The notes under the pieces: generated by a model
What the model was told of the DNA's origin: nothing
The model's database searches: none
What the model saw: only the letters and a program-made list of their open reading frames with translations
DNA from: Nitrospirota bacterium
GTDB lineage: Bacteria; Nitrospirota; Thermodesulfovibrionia; UBA6902
Direction: 5' to 3'
Length of the DNA: 64,000 nucleotides
NCBI GenBank assembly: GCA_016213935.1
Contig: JACQZG010000006.1
Span: 60,622 to 124,621, forward strand
In this document: in pieces, positions 51,066-61,282 of the stretch
How positions within the stretch are numbered: position 1 is the first letter of the stretch
Layout of the letters: the number at the start of each line of letters is the position of its first letter
Translations under genes and position numbers: made by a program

Positions 51066-51980
51066 TTATTTTTTTAAAAGAACTTTGCCGTAAAGGAGGG
51101 TTTCTATCTCTTCTTCATCAGCTTCAGGCAGGGCAATGTTGTCAAAAAGCTTCCAAGTTTCAACATGCTCTGCCGAAGAGCCCGGAGCCATACTTTTCAG
51201 CGGGGAGAGGGTCTCCATTTCGAGCATGAAATCGTTTACATATGTTTCGTATGAAACTCCGAAATCAGGGTATAAAGACCCTTCCCGATGCTTGCAGTGT
51301 TTGATGAAAAGATGGTTATTATTGAAGTACGCGGCCCAGCCTTTTTCATTTGGGATGCCTAACTTGAACGGCTGCTGTACGGCCGGGTCTTGCCTGAGCA
51401 TTATGTATTTATTTCTCAAAAAAAGCCTCGGGTCGTTTAATTCCGAATACGGCCATAAAGAAATTATCCTGTTAGGAAGCAGGCCGGTATCTTTCCCTGT
51501 ATTCGGGATTATCTCTGTGCCTCCCGTTGCCATAGCGGTCAGGCTCCAGACGGATAATTCAACAGGCGCATTGCCTTTATTGATAAGGCGGTGAAGCAGA
51601 TGCACTTCAGTGCTGTCAGATGACAGCGTGATCTCCATCTCCTTCTTAATACCGGTCAATCTCTCAACATCCTGCGAAAGTTTTATTCCATCTTGAATTT
51701 CATGCCATGCTACAGGCGAATTATCAGGAACATATGTGCGCACTCTGTCTTCGGGGCTGTGCCAGAGGCGATGCCCTCCGTATATCCTCCATTCGTCCCC
51801 TCCGGTCATTCCTTTAGTAGACTTTATAACGCAGAGTTCATTCTTTTTGCCAACGAACCCGTATCTTATTATTCTCGGCCCGACATCAGTTGTTGCCACA
51901 AGGTCAACAACCCCGTTTGAAATCTGAACGCAGTTTTCCCATCCAGCAAATGATATTTTTTTTATGGTCACGTTCGGCAT
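51066..51980 (-). CDS. Hypothetical 304-aa protein
   Basis: Good coding ORF immediately downstream of pilT; no family recognised. Confidence 0.5.
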   Translation of the reverse strand: MPNVTIKKISFAGWENCVQISNGVVDLVATTDVGPRIIRYGFVGKKNELCVIKSTKGMTGGDEWRIYGGHRLWHSPEDRVRTYVPDNSPVAWHEIQDGIKLSQDVERLTGIKKEMEITLSSDSTEVHLLHRLINKGNAPVELSVWSLTAMATGGTEIIPNTGKDTGLLPNRIISLWPYSELNDPRLFLRNKYIMLRQDPAVQQPFKLGIPNEKGWAAYFNNNHLFIKHCKHREGSLYPDFGVSYETYVNDFMLEMETLSPLKSMAPGSSAEHVETWKLFDNIALPEADEEEIETLLYGKVLLKK

Positions 51981-52210
51981 AAGATTTCCCTAAAATTATA
52001 CACATTGTTGCTCAATATAGTTACCTTCATGGTATTGAATTAGCGCATAAGGTATTTACCCTGATAATACGAAGCTATTTACCTGAGGAAGCTGTTTTTG
52101 CCTCTTTCAAAGGCTTCAATTCGGTTTTTTATCAATTCACATTCATTCAACCGTATTTGCACAGCAAAAACTCATTAAAATCAATAGGTTCACAAAATTA
52201 TATTTTTTGC

Positions 52211-52239
52211 TTGACATATACAATATATTGTGGTTTAAT
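52211..52239 (+). promoter_or_regulatory. Putative nrdJ promoter (TTGACA, 17 nt, TTTAAT) with an NrdR box in the spacer
   Basis: ataCAATATATTGtgg at 52218-52233 matches 14 of 16 positions of the NrdR consensus acaCwAtATaTwGtgt; ACAATATATTGT is a perfect 12-bp palindrome. Confidence 0.6.
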
Positions 52240-52372
52240 TTCCTATCTCATCTAAATAGAGTATAATTACTTTGCCACTCTAAAAAATAATATTTGCTGA
52301 ATCAGGCAAACAGCAGGGTGGTTTTATTTTAGAAATCAATTAATATCGTTTAATTTTTTATAAGGAGATGTT

Positions 52373-53767
52373 ATGGCAGAATTATTATCCGGCAAATTGA
52401 ATCTATTGCCAAACGCGTTGAAAGTGATCCAGAAGAGATACTTACGAAAGGATGAAGAAGGCAATGTCATCGAGAGCCCTGATGATATGTTCAGGAGGGT
52501 CGCAAGGGTCATTGCATCCGCAGACGCTAAATTCGGCACATCCGAGCCCAGGATCAAAGAGGTTGAAGAAGAATTTTATAACCTGATTACGTCGCTGAAA
52601 TTTCTGCCGAACAGCCCAACTCTCATGAATGCCGGAAGAAGGCTGGGGCAGCTCTCGGCGTGCTTTGTCCTTCCTGTTGAGGATTCCATGGAATCCATTT
52701 TCGAGGCTGTGAAGAATGCCGCGCTTATCCATAAGTCCGGAGGGGGTACAGGATTCTCTTTTTCAAGGCTCCGGCCAAAGGGCGATATAGTCGGCTCCAC
52801 CAAAGGCGTATCTTCAGGCCCCATCTCATTCATGACGGTCTTTGATTCAGCTACAGAAGCGATTAAGCAGGGCGGTACGAGAAGAGGCGCCAATATGGGC
52901 ATGCTCCGCATTGACCATCCCGACATACTCGAATTTATAACTTCAAAGGATGACTGCAGCAAGCTCAACAATTTCAATATCTCTGTCGCGCTCACCGACG
53001 AATTTATGGATGCCTTTGAAAAAGACGGCGAGTATGAGCTGAAGAATCCGCACGACGGCAAGGCTACGCGCAGGCTGAAGGCAAAATATGTCTTTAATCT
53101 TATCGTAAATCATGCATGGAAGAACGGGGAACCCGGCATAATCTTCCTTGACAGGATGAACAGCGACAACCCTACCCCGGGCATAGGGCAGATCGAGAGC
53201 ACAAATCCATGCGGCGAACAGCCTTTGCTTCCCTACGAATCCTGCAATCTCGGCTCCATAAATCTTTCTAAATTCGTGAAGGGGTTTGAAACATCCGCAG
53301 ATGCAAAAAGTTTCTGCGTTGACTGGGAATCGCTCGGGGAGACGGTGCACTCAGCCGTGCACTTTCTTGACAATGTGATAGAAGTGAACAAGTATCCTAT
53401 CGAGAAGATAGAGGAGATGACAAAGGCCAACAGAAAGATAGGGCTCGGCGTGATGGGGTGGGCGGACATGCTCGTGCAGCTTGGCGTACCCTATAACTCT
53501 GAAGAGGCTATCTTGCTCGGCACGGAAGTAATGAAGTTCATACAGGATGAGGGCAGGAAGATGTCGTCCGAGCTTGCTGAGGAGAGAGGCGTCTTCCCGA
53601 CTCACGGCGAAAGCATTTATAAAGACAGGATGAAGCTCAGAAACGCCACCGTCACGACCATTGCCCCAACCGGCACGCTCTCTATAATAGCAGGCTGTTC
53701 AAGCGGCATAGAGCCTCTCTTTGCGGTATCTTTTGTCCGCAATGTCCTTGAGGGGACAAAACTTTAG
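52373..53767 (+). CDS. nrdJ: Class II (adenosylcobalamin-dependent) ribonucleotide reductase NrdJ, N-terminal 464 codons, ending at an in-frame TAG
   Basis: NrdJ-type N-terminus [24 protein letters not shown]...; terminates ...GTKL* and continues in the same frame (next feature). Confidence 0.85.
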   Translation: MAELLSGKLNLLPNALKVIQKRYLRKDEEGNVIESPDDMFRRVARVIASADAKFGTSEPRIKEVEEEFYNLITSLKFLPNSPTLMNAGRRLGQLSACFVLPVEDSMESIFEAVKNAALIHKSGGGTGFSFSRLRPKGDIVGSTKGVSSGPISFMTVFDSATEAIKQGGTRRGANMGMLRIDHPDILEFITSKDDCSKLNNFNISVALTDEFMDAFEKDGEYELKNPHDGKATRRLKAKYVFNLIVNHAWKNGEPGIIFLDRMNSDNPTPGIGQIESTNPCGEQPLLPYESCNLGSINLSKFVKGFETSADAKSFCVDWESLGETVHSAVHFLDNVIEVNKYPIEKIEEMTKANRKIGLGVMGWADMLVQLGVPYNSEEAILLGTEVMKFIQDEGRKMSSELAEERGVFPTHGESIYKDRMKLRNATVTTIAPTGTLSIIAGCSSGIEPLFAVSFVRNVLEGTKL

Positions 53768-53770
53768 GAG

Positions 53771-54658
53771 GTGAATCCCTATTTTGAAAAGATGGCGAGA
53801 GAGAGGGGATTCTGGAGCAGGGAGCTTATTGAGGAGATAGCTGAGAAAGGGACGCTTCACGGAGTTGCCAATGTGCCTGATGATGTGAGAAATATCTTCA
53901 CTACGGCCCACGATATAACTCCTGAAGACCATGTAAGGATGCAGGCCGCGTTTCAGAAGCATGTTGATAACGCTGTTTCAAAGACCGTTAATTTCCCCAA
54001 CAATGCAACTCAAAAAGATGTTGAGAATGTATATCTCCTCGCATATACGCTTGGCTGCAAGGGCGTAACCGTATACAGGGACGGGTCGAGGGAGGAGCAG
54101 GTCCTCTCAACAGGCAAGACTGCGGGCACCGATGAGAAGAAGAGCGACTCGCCCCAGAAGATAGTTCCCAAGAAGAGGCCTGAGACTATTTACGGCACAA
54201 CTACCCTTATGAATACCGGATGCGGCAATCTTTATGTAACCATTAATGAGGACCATAACGGAAACCTTTTCGAACTCTTCACACGCATGGGCAAGGCAGG
54301 AGGCTGCGCGTCAAGCCAGGCAGAGGCGATAGGAAGGCTGGTGAGCCTCGCATTCAGGAGCAATATAGACTCGCATGAGATCGTAAAACAGCTCAGGGGA
54401 ATAAGCTGCCACAGCCCTGCATGGGCAAACGGCGGAAAGATATCCTCATGTTCAGACGCCATATCAAAAGCCATTGAAAGATATGCCGAGCACGGGGATA
54501 AGGCCGACGGCAACGGCAACGGCTCGCACGGCAGGGAGAAGAAGGGGATTAAAGAGAAGATAATATTCTGCGGGGCGTGCCCGGACTGCGGAGGGGCGGT
54601 GGAGCACGAAGGCGGCTGCGCGGTATGCAGGGACTGCGGCTTTACGAAGTGTTATTAG
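53771..54658 (+). CDS. nrdJ: NrdJ C-terminal continuation (295 codons), same frame as the upstream part, includes a C-terminal Cys-rich tail
   Basis: EVNPYFEKMARERGFWSRELIEEIAEKG...VTVYRDGSREEQVL..., ending CGACPDCGGAVEHEGGCAVCRDCG. 53771 minus 52373 is 1398, a multiple of 3. Confidence 0.8.
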   Translation: MNPYFEKMARERGFWSRELIEEIAEKGTLHGVANVPDDVRNIFTTAHDITPEDHVRMQAAFQKHVDNAVSKTVNFPNNATQKDVENVYLLAYTLGCKGVTVYRDGSREEQVLSTGKTAGTDEKKSDSPQKIVPKKRPETIYGTTTLMNTGCGNLYVTINEDHNGNLFELFTRMGKAGGCASSQAEAIGRLVSLAFRSNIDSHEIVKQLRGISCHSPAWANGGKISSCSDAISKAIERYAEHGDKADGNGNGSHGREKKGIKEKIIFCGACPDCGGAVEHEGGCAVCRDCGFTKCY

Positions 54659-54899
54659 TCGGGAAGAGGTAAGGGCACTGAATCAAAACGGCGCAGCAAT
54701 GCAGTATTATGTAAAGTTCGCAGGGGCATGGGGAGCCATGTCCCTGTTTTGCTTTTCCCCTCTAAGAAGAGGGCCTGCCTGCCGGTAGGCAGGGCACAAG
54801 GGTGTGTTTAAATCGGAATCTGTTTTTTGGTCATTCCCGTCAACCTCGGCTGATCCGCTGGGGCGGAAAAACGGGAATCCAGAATAAGGAGGTTATACT

Positions 54900-55964
54900 A
54901 TGGCAACATTCGAACAAGAAGAAGTAGTAAAAAAGGAACTAAAAAATGTTCTTGCAGGTTTATCTCAAATTAATCCTAAAGAGTTAGTTAGAGCAAATGA
55001 GCTTGGAAATGACTTCAACTTTGAGCCCGGTCTTCAAGCATTTGAAAGGACTCTGAAACTTTTTCAAGATCTCCATGAAAGCAATCTCGATAATGTTTCG
55101 CATAATGTATTAAAGACTATTTCAACTAATGCAAAGGATGCGCATGCCAAATTAACTGCTATACAAACATTTTCACCTGCGCAACATCAAAGTCCGTTTA
55201 ATGTCCGCAATGATTTAATTAATCAACTCCGTGATTCATATGATACTTATTTTGCTGCAGTTTCTCCTGTGATTGCTTATTCAATAAGAAAAGGAACAGA
55301 TTTTGGAGCGCTTGAAAAGAAAGCTCAGGAAGCAGTTTCTTCCATGGATGCCTATAATAAAGACCAAATAGAGAAACAAAAACATGTTTCTTCTGAGATG
55401 GAATCAGTACTACAAAAAGTGAGGCAGGCTGCTGCTGAGGTTGGTGTTTCTCAACATGCTACTCATTTTAAAGAAGAAGCACAAAGTCATGAAGTGTCAT
55501 CGAAGAAATGGCTACGGGCAACAATAGTTGCCGCGATACTGACAATTGCATGGGGGATTATATCTTTTTTTATTCACCCAAAAGGACATCCCATAGAGAC
55601 GGATATCTCAACAGCACAAGCAGCTCAATTAATAGCACCATCAACATCACAGGTAATTCAATTTACTGTAGCAAAAATCATAATTCTGTCAGCACTTTAT
55701 TATATTCTTGTTTGGTGTGCAAGAAATTATAATGCACATCTTCACAATTTCGTGGTAAATAAACATAGACAAAATTCACTAAGCACTTTTGAAACATTTG
55801 TTAAAGCTGCAGGAAATGATCAAGATACAAAAAATGCTGTATTGATTCAAGCAACTCAATCAATCTTTTCCGCACAATCAAGTGGATACATCCACAAAGA
55901 ACATGAAGCAGAATCACCCAATAAGTTTATTGAGATATTGCGAGGAACTGGACAAAGAACGTAG
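54900..55964 (+). CDS. Hypothetical protein (354 aa) with a long N-terminal helical/coiled-coil region and two TM helices; AT-rich
   Basis: TM helices LRATIVAAILTIAWGIISFFI and VAKIIILSALYYILVWCA; codon usage differs from its neighbours. Confidence 0.5.
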   Translation: MATFEQEEVVKKELKNVLAGLSQINPKELVRANELGNDFNFEPGLQAFERTLKLFQDLHESNLDNVSHNVLKTISTNAKDAHAKLTAIQTFSPAQHQSPFNVRNDLINQLRDSYDTYFAAVSPVIAYSIRKGTDFGALEKKAQEAVSSMDAYNKDQIEKQKHVSSEMESVLQKVRQAAAEVGVSQHATHFKEEAQSHEVSSKKWLRATIVAAILTIAWGIISFFIHPKGHPIETDISTAQAAQLIAPSTSQVIQFTVAKIIILSALYYILVWCARNYNAHLHNFVVNKHRQNSLSTFETFVKAAGNDQDTKNAVLIQATQSIFSAQSSGYIHKEHEAESPNKFIEILRGTGQRT

Positions 55965-55985
55965 AATCATAATGTAAAAGAAACC

Positions 55986-56138
55986 TATGACCCCTTCTAC
56001 CACCATAATCATCGGCGATAGCAGGAGAATGGATGAACTCAAAGATGAATCCGTTCATCTCGTCATTACTTCTCCGCCTTACTGGCAGTTGAAAGACTAC
56101 GGTAACGGAAGCCAGATAGGGTTTAATGAAAGCTATTA
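55986..56138 (+). pseudogene. N-terminal 50-codon fragment of an N6/N4 DNA methyltransferase
   Basis: MTPSTTIIIGDSRRMDELKDESVHLVITSPPYWQLKDYGNGSQIGFNESY* has the typical MTase N-terminus with the (S/D)PPY motif, then an immediate stop. Confidence 0.6.
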
Positions 56139-56149
56139 GGATTTAATAG

Positions 56150-56458
56150 ATGGGAACAGAAGACGATTTAGAGTTTCTTAAGGTTTTTCCTAAAAATGCG
56201 AACGATATGTATGTAGTTTATGACCGATTTACATTTGATGATCTTTTTCGATCATTGCTTGCAAATGGTTATTATCATGAAGATGCCATGTATTTCATGT
56301 TGGCTAATTGTTCAATGAGTGCGATTGTTTTTCAGGAAAGGCTTCATAATAGGAAATATCGAAAACTTAAAGCAGAGGATACACTACCGTCTAATGAGGC
56401 TGATTGGAAGAGAAAAGTTATTAATGATTTTATTGAGGTAGCAAGAGCATGTGATTAA
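56150..56458 (+). CDS. Hypothetical 102-aa protein (AT-rich)
   Basis: ORF only. Confidence 0.3.
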   Translation: MGTEDDLEFLKVFPKNANDMYVVYDRFTFDDLFRSLLANGYYHEDAMYFMLANCSMSAIVFQERLHNRKYRKLKAEDTLPSNEADWKRKVINDFIEVARACD

Positions 56459-56557
56459 TAAACTGGACTCCTGTTTTCACGGAAGTGACTTTCTCTCACA
56501 GGAATATAGGAGATAAGATAAATTAAAGAAAACTTTTAAAACAAGAGGAGGCACACA

Positions 56558-56848
56558 ATGGCGAATAAACCGAATGAGATACGGATCGCTATCCCGCCCG
56601 ATGTGCAGGCCGGAGTTTACGCGAACAGCATGACAATCACTCACACGAAAGAGGAATTCATAATGGATTTCGCGCTCGTGACCCCGCCTGCGGGCACTGT
56701 GAACGCGAGGGTTATCACAAGCCCGGGGCATGTAAAGCGCATAATATCCGCCCTGCGCGAGAATGTCCGCAGGTATGAGGCACAATTCGGCGTTATCTCC
56801 GAGGCGGCCGAGCCGAAGGGCAAGGGGCCGATAGGGTTTAATGCGTAG
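56558..56848 (+). CDS. Conserved hypothetical protein, possibly DUF3467
   Basis: MANKPNEIRIAIPPDVQAGVYANSMTITHTKEEFIMDF... preceded by a strong GGAGG RBS. Confidence 0.5.
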   Translation: MANKPNEIRIAIPPDVQAGVYANSMTITHTKEEFIMDFALVTPPAGTVNARVITSPGHVKRIISALRENVRRYEAQFGVISEAAEPKGKGPIGFNA

Positions 56849-57047
56849 CAAATGAGGCAGTATTCCTCTATTGTCTGATATAATTGATGGCTTAAAAACA
56901 TTTCGTCATTGACCAAAAATACCTCTCTTTAGCAAAGAGGGGTCAGGGAGATTTTATGAATAAATAAATCCCCCTTCATCCCCCTTTTACAAAGGGTGAG
57001 TACATGTTAGCTTGCGGGAATGACGGAGAAGGAGCGGAAATTTTTCA

Positions 57048-57488
57048 ATGCGCCCGGAATGGGATGATTATTTCATAGAGATAGCAAAGGTCGTATCTTC
57101 GAGGTCAACATGCCTCAGGAGGAGATACGGCGCGGTTATTGTAAAAGACAAGGTGATAATAAGCACCGGATATAACGGCTCGCCCCGCGGCATAGACAAC
57201 TGCATAGACCTCGGCAGGTGCGTTAGGAAGGAGCAGAACATTCCCTCGGGTGAGAGGTATGAACTCTGCGAGGCCGTGCATGCCGAGCAGAATGCCATAA
57301 TCAACGCCCCGCCCGAACGGATGAAAGACGCTGTCATATATATCGCCGGTTTTGAGGAAGATAAAAGCTTTGCCAACGGTATGCCGTGCAAACTCTGCAG
57401 CCGGATGATACGGAACTCGCAGATTAAAGAGGTCATATACCTCAAGAGCGGCGGCGGGCTTGAACGCGTTGATGTGCAGAACCTTTGA
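57048..57488 (+). CDS. dCMP deaminase (ComEB-like cytidine/deoxycytidylate deaminase)
   Basis: HAEQNAI zinc motif and PCKLCSRMI. Confidence 0.85.
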   Translation: MRPEWDDYFIEIAKVVSSRSTCLRRRYGAVIVKDKVIISTGYNGSPRGIDNCIDLGRCVRKEQNIPSGERYELCEAVHAEQNAIINAPPERMKDAVIYIAGFEEDKSFANGMPCKLCSRMIRNSQIKEVIYLKSGGGLERVDVQNL

Positions 57489-58459
57489 TAATGAATTTGG
57501 ATTTAACTCTCCACAGAGGCGGCAGGGATAAGCCTGTCGCCATTCTTATTCACGGCCTCGGAGTTGACAAGGGAATCTGGACAGACCCTCTTAATACAAG
57601 GCTCTTTGCAGAAAATATTTCTCTCAAGATATTTGCCGCCGGGAAACCTATTAAACAAACTTCGAAAGAAGACAAAAAGATAACGATAGGCGATATACCC
57701 GAAAGAATTGACGGTCTATGGCCCGCATTAATTGATGAAGGATACAATCTCGTAACATGGAGCCAGAAGAGGCCGGTCGGCCATATCGACATTGTAATTG
57801 CTGAACTCAAGGAAGTGCTATCGCGGATTTTGGAGATGTTTCCCAACAGCCCGGCGGCATTAATAGGCCACAGCAGAGGAGGGCTTATCGCGAGGAAGCT
57901 GATGGAAAAGGAGCATCCTGCCGTAAGGGCGCTGATAACGATAGCCACGCCTCATTCGGGAAGCTCTCTCTCAACAATTGCAGGATATATTTCGCCTCTC
58001 GCGTCTCTTCTTAAAAAGCTCTTGCCCGAAGAGGAGCATGGAACGGTCACGAGGACTCTCAAAAAAAGCACCGAATTTCTGACCGGGGAAGCGCTTAAAG
58101 AACTAATGCCCGGCTCGGATTTTTTTAAGGAGCTTTCTGATTCGCCGGCAAAAGGTATTGAATACCTCTCGTTCGGAGGAACCGAGCCGAGACTTGCCAC
58201 TCTTTATAAACTGAAACAAGGCGGAGAGGGGGCAGAGTTTGTCCCTTTGATAGAGATTCCGGATTCGCTAATAAATCTTCTGCCTTCTTCTTTAATGCTT
58301 GAGGAACTTCTTCCCGGCAAGGGTGACGCGCTTGTCTCCGCAAAGAGCTCGGTTATGCCGTGGGATTCGGAGCACTATGACGTGCCCGCAAACCATATCA
58401 CCATAATGTGGAACAGGACTGTGATAGAGAAAACGAAAGAGGTTCTCAGAAGAATCTGA
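57485..58459 (+). CDS. Alpha/beta-fold hydrolase (lipase/esterase-like)
   Basis: AILIHGLG and a GHSRGG nucleophile elbow. Confidence 0.65.
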   Translation: MIMNLDLTLHRGGRDKPVAILIHGLGVDKGIWTDPLNTRLFAENISLKIFAAGKPIKQTSKEDKKITIGDIPERIDGLWPALIDEGYNLVTWSQKRPVGHIDIVIAELKEVLSRILEMFPNSPAALIGHSRGGLIARKLMEKEHPAVRALITIATPHSGSSLSTIAGYISPLASLLKKLLPEEEHGTVTRTLKKSTEFLTGEALKELMPGSDFFKELSDSPAKGIEYLSFGGTEPRLATLYKLKQGGEGAEFVPLIEIPDSLINLLPSSLMLEELLPGKGDALVSAKSSVMPWDSEHYDVPANHITIMWNRTVIEKTKEVLRRI

Positions 58460-58520
58460 GAACCTCTGCTACTGTTTTTTCACCCTTCCCTTAATCCCCT
58501 CCCATCAAGGGAGGGTTTTA

Positions 58521-59951
58521 TTAATACCTGTAATGCTCGGGCTTGTAAGGGCCTTCGGCAGAGACGCCGATGTAATCAGCCTGCGCCTTTGAGAGCTTTG
58601 TAAGCCTCGCGCCGATCTTCTGCAGATGGAGCCGGGCTACTTCTTCATCGAGCTGTTTTGAAAGCCTGTAGACCTTCTTTTCATAGACATCCCTGTTCTT
58701 CCAGAGGTCTATCTGCGCCAGCGTCTGGTTGGTGAAGCTGTTTGACATGACAAATGAAGGATGCCCCGTGGCGCATCCGAGATTGACGAGCCTGCCTTCT
58801 GCAAGAAGGAATATCGAGTGCCCGTCAGGGAATATGTATTTGTCCACCTGCGGCTTTATATTTACTTTACGGATTCCCTGATAGGCGTTGAGTTTATCAA
58901 CCTGTATCTCATTGTCAAAATGCCCTATGTTGCAGACGATAGCCTGGTCTTTCATCCTGACCATATGATCGATGGTTATGATGTCCCTGTTGCCGGTAGC
59001 GGTTACATAGATATCGCCTTCGCTGAGGGCGTCTTCGACTGTTGCCACCTCAAACCCCTCCATCGCGGCCTGCAGGGCGCAGATAGGGTCTATCTCTGTA
59101 ACAATTACTCTTGAGCCATACTCTTTCAATGATTTGGCGCATCCTTTGCCAACATCACCGTAACCGCAGACAACAGAGACCTTGCCCGCAAGCATAACAT
59201 CCGTCGCCCTTTTTATTCCGTCGGCGAGAGACTCTCTGCATCCGTAGAGATTGTCAAATTTGGACTTTGTGACAGAGTCGTTCACGTTTATCGCCGGAAC
59301 AAGGAGAGCCCCTTTAGCCATCATTTCATATAATCTGTGCACGCCCGTAGTAGTCTCTTCGCTCACGCCCTTCCATTCAGGCACTATCCTGTGCCATCTT
59401 CCGCTGTCTTCAGAGAGTATCTTTTTTAACAGGGCATTAATTATTTTCAGTTCATTATTATCGGTTGGTTCGTCGAGGATTGACGGGTTCCTTTCAGCTT
59501 CGTAACCCCTGTGAATAAAGAGAGTGGCGTCTCCCCCGTCATCGACTATTAACTGAGGCCCGAGCCCTCCGGGAAACGACAATGCTTCATTGGTGCACCA
59601 CCAGTATTCTTCAAGCGTTTCGCCTTTCCACGCAAAGACAGGAATGCCGGCTTTTGCAATCGCCGCGGCGGCATGGTCCTGCGTCGAGAAGATGTTGCAG
59701 CTTGCCCACCTTACGTCAGCCCCGAGTTCAACAAGGGTTTCGATGAGGACAGCCGTTTGTATCGTCATGTGGAGAGAGCCGGAAACTCTTACGCCCTTTA
59801 ACGGTTTTCCCGAAGCGAATTTCTCGCGCACCGCCATGAGGCCCGGCATCTCTTTTTCGGCAATCTCAATCTCTTTTCTTCCCCAGTCGGCGAGCTTTAT
59901 GTCAGCGACTTTATAGTCCGCAGTTTTTTTATTTGATGTGGCAGTTGTCAT
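58521..59951 (-). CDS. ahcY: Adenosylhomocysteinase
   Basis: [39 protein letters not shown]..., an NAD Rossmann motif ([12 protein letters not shown]), a C-terminal PEHYRY. Confidence 0.95.
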   Translation of the reverse strand: MTTATSNKKTADYKVADIKLADWGRKEIEIAEKEMPGLMAVREKFASGKPLKGVRVSGSLHMTIQTAVLIETLVELGADVRWASCNIFSTQDHAAAAIAKAGIPVFAWKGETLEEYWWCTNEALSFPGGLGPQLIVDDGGDATLFIHRGYEAERNPSILDEPTDNNELKIINALLKKILSEDSGRWHRIVPEWKGVSEETTTGVHRLYEMMAKGALLVPAINVNDSVTKSKFDNLYGCRESLADGIKRATDVMLAGKVSVVCGYGDVGKGCAKSLKEYGSRVIVTEIDPICALQAAMEGFEVATVEDALSEGDIYVTATGNRDIITIDHMVRMKDQAIVCNIGHFDNEIQVDKLNAYQGIRKVNIKPQVDKYIFPDGHSIFLLAEGRLVNLGCATGHPSFVMSNSFTNQTLAQIDLWKNRDVYEKKVYRLSKQLDEEVARLHLQKIGARLTKLSKAQADYIGVSAEGPYKPEHYRY

Positions 59952-59965
59952 GATGACCTCATTAT

Positions 59966-61129
59966 TTATATTTTTGCATCCTTCTTAAGTGTCTCGGCAA
60001 GGTCTGTCTTTTCCCATGTGAAGCCCTCGCCTTCTCTTCCGAAATGCCCGTATGCCGCAGTCGCGCTGTATATCGGCCTTAACAGGTTAAGCATCTTTAC
60101 CAGCCCTCTCGGCCTGAGATCAAAGTGCGCCCGCACAAGCTCAATAAGTTTATCGTCTTCAATTTTCCCCGTGCCGAATGTTTCGATGCTTATCGATATG
60201 GGTTCGGCAACGCCGATGGCATAAGAGACCTGAATCTCACAGCGGTCTGCAAGGCCTGCCGCAACAATATTTTTTGCGACATAACGGGCGGCGTAAGCAG
60301 CAGAGCGGTCAACCTTTGAAGGGTCTTTTCCGGAAAACGCGCCTCCTCCGTGGCGAGCGGCTCCGCCGTAAGTATCAACGATGATCTTTCTGCCGGTGAC
60401 GCCGCAGTCTCCCACAGGCCCTCCAATGACAAAACGCCCCGTGGGGTTTATGTGAAATTTGGTGTTTGTGCTTATGAAATCCGCAGGGAGGACAGGGAGT
60501 ATTATCTCATCCATGACAGCCTCTTTAAGGCTTTTGTAATCAATGTCAGGCGTATGCTGTGTCGAGAGGACGACCGCGTCGATGGCAACGGGTTTACTGT
60601 CCTGATAGCGGAAGGTTACCTGGCTCTTTGCGTCGGGGCGAAGCCACGGCAGTGTCCCGTTCTTTCTGACCTCAGCCTGCCGCCTCATTAGACGGTGCGC
60701 GTATGTTATGGGAGCGGGCATCAGCACATCGGTTTCGTTTGTCGCGTAGCCGAACATTATGCCCTGGTCTCCGGCGCCCTGCTCATGGTCGTTTGTCTCA
60801 TTGACGCCGAGAGCGATATCCGCCGACTGCTTGTCTATCGAGGTGAGTACGGCGCAGGATTCCCAGTCAAAACCCATATCAGAGCTGTTATACCCTATGC
60901 GCTTGACAGTCTTGCGCACGACATCATTCATGTCTACCCATGCCTTTGTGGTGATCTCACCTGATATCAGTACCATCCCCGTATTCACGAGAGTTTCGCA
61001 TGCTACGCGGGCAAGCGTGTCCTGCTCGAAGATGGAGTCAAGAATTGCGTCAGAGATCTGGTCTGCGACTTTATCTGGATGCCCCTCTGATACGGACTCA
61101 GACGTGAACAGATAATTTTTCTTCTTCAT
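59966..61129 (-). CDS. metK: S-adenosylmethionine synthetase
   Basis: [25 protein letters not shown] and the [19 protein letters not shown] signature. Confidence 0.95.
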   Translation of the reverse strand: MKKKNYLFTSESVSEGHPDKVADQISDAILDSIFEQDTLARVACETLVNTGMVLISGEITTKAWVDMNDVVRKTVKRIGYNSSDMGFDWESCAVLTSIDKQSADIALGVNETNDHEQGAGDQGIMFGYATNETDVLMPAPITYAHRLMRRQAEVRKNGTLPWLRPDAKSQVTFRYQDSKPVAIDAVVLSTQHTPDIDYKSLKEAVMDEIILPVLPADFISTNTKFHINPTGRFVIGGPVGDCGVTGRKIIVDTYGGAARHGGGAFSGKDPSKVDRSAAYAARYVAKNIVAAGLADRCEIQVSYAIGVAEPISISIETFGTGKIEDDKLIELVRAHFDLRPRGLVKMLNLLRPIYSATAAYGHFGREGEGFTWEKTDLAETLKKDAKI

Positions 61130-61282
61130 TAAGCCCTCCGGTTGAGTGATATCATTTATTAAATAATTTTTATTTTGTTATTGTCAAGGTAAATAGATGC
61201 CTCAATTCGCAATAATCAGGTTTGCTTACTCAAATCTCAGTGAGTTATATTAAAAAATTGGCGCAGTAACCATTATATATTC

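Noticed and set aside
53765-53767. In-frame TAG in nrdJ as a pyrrolysine codon
   Set aside because: TAG terminates several clearly complete genes in the window, no pyl genes are visible, and the position is not a known functional residue; a nonsense mutation, natural split or readthrough is more parsimonious. It is kept as a finding only in those terms.
61130-61282. SAM riboswitch in the metK leader or SOS box upstream of uvrA
   Set aside because: I could not recognise SAM-I conserved segments or a copy of the lexA-type palindrome in this AT-rich spacer; a proper Rfam or PWM scan would be needed.
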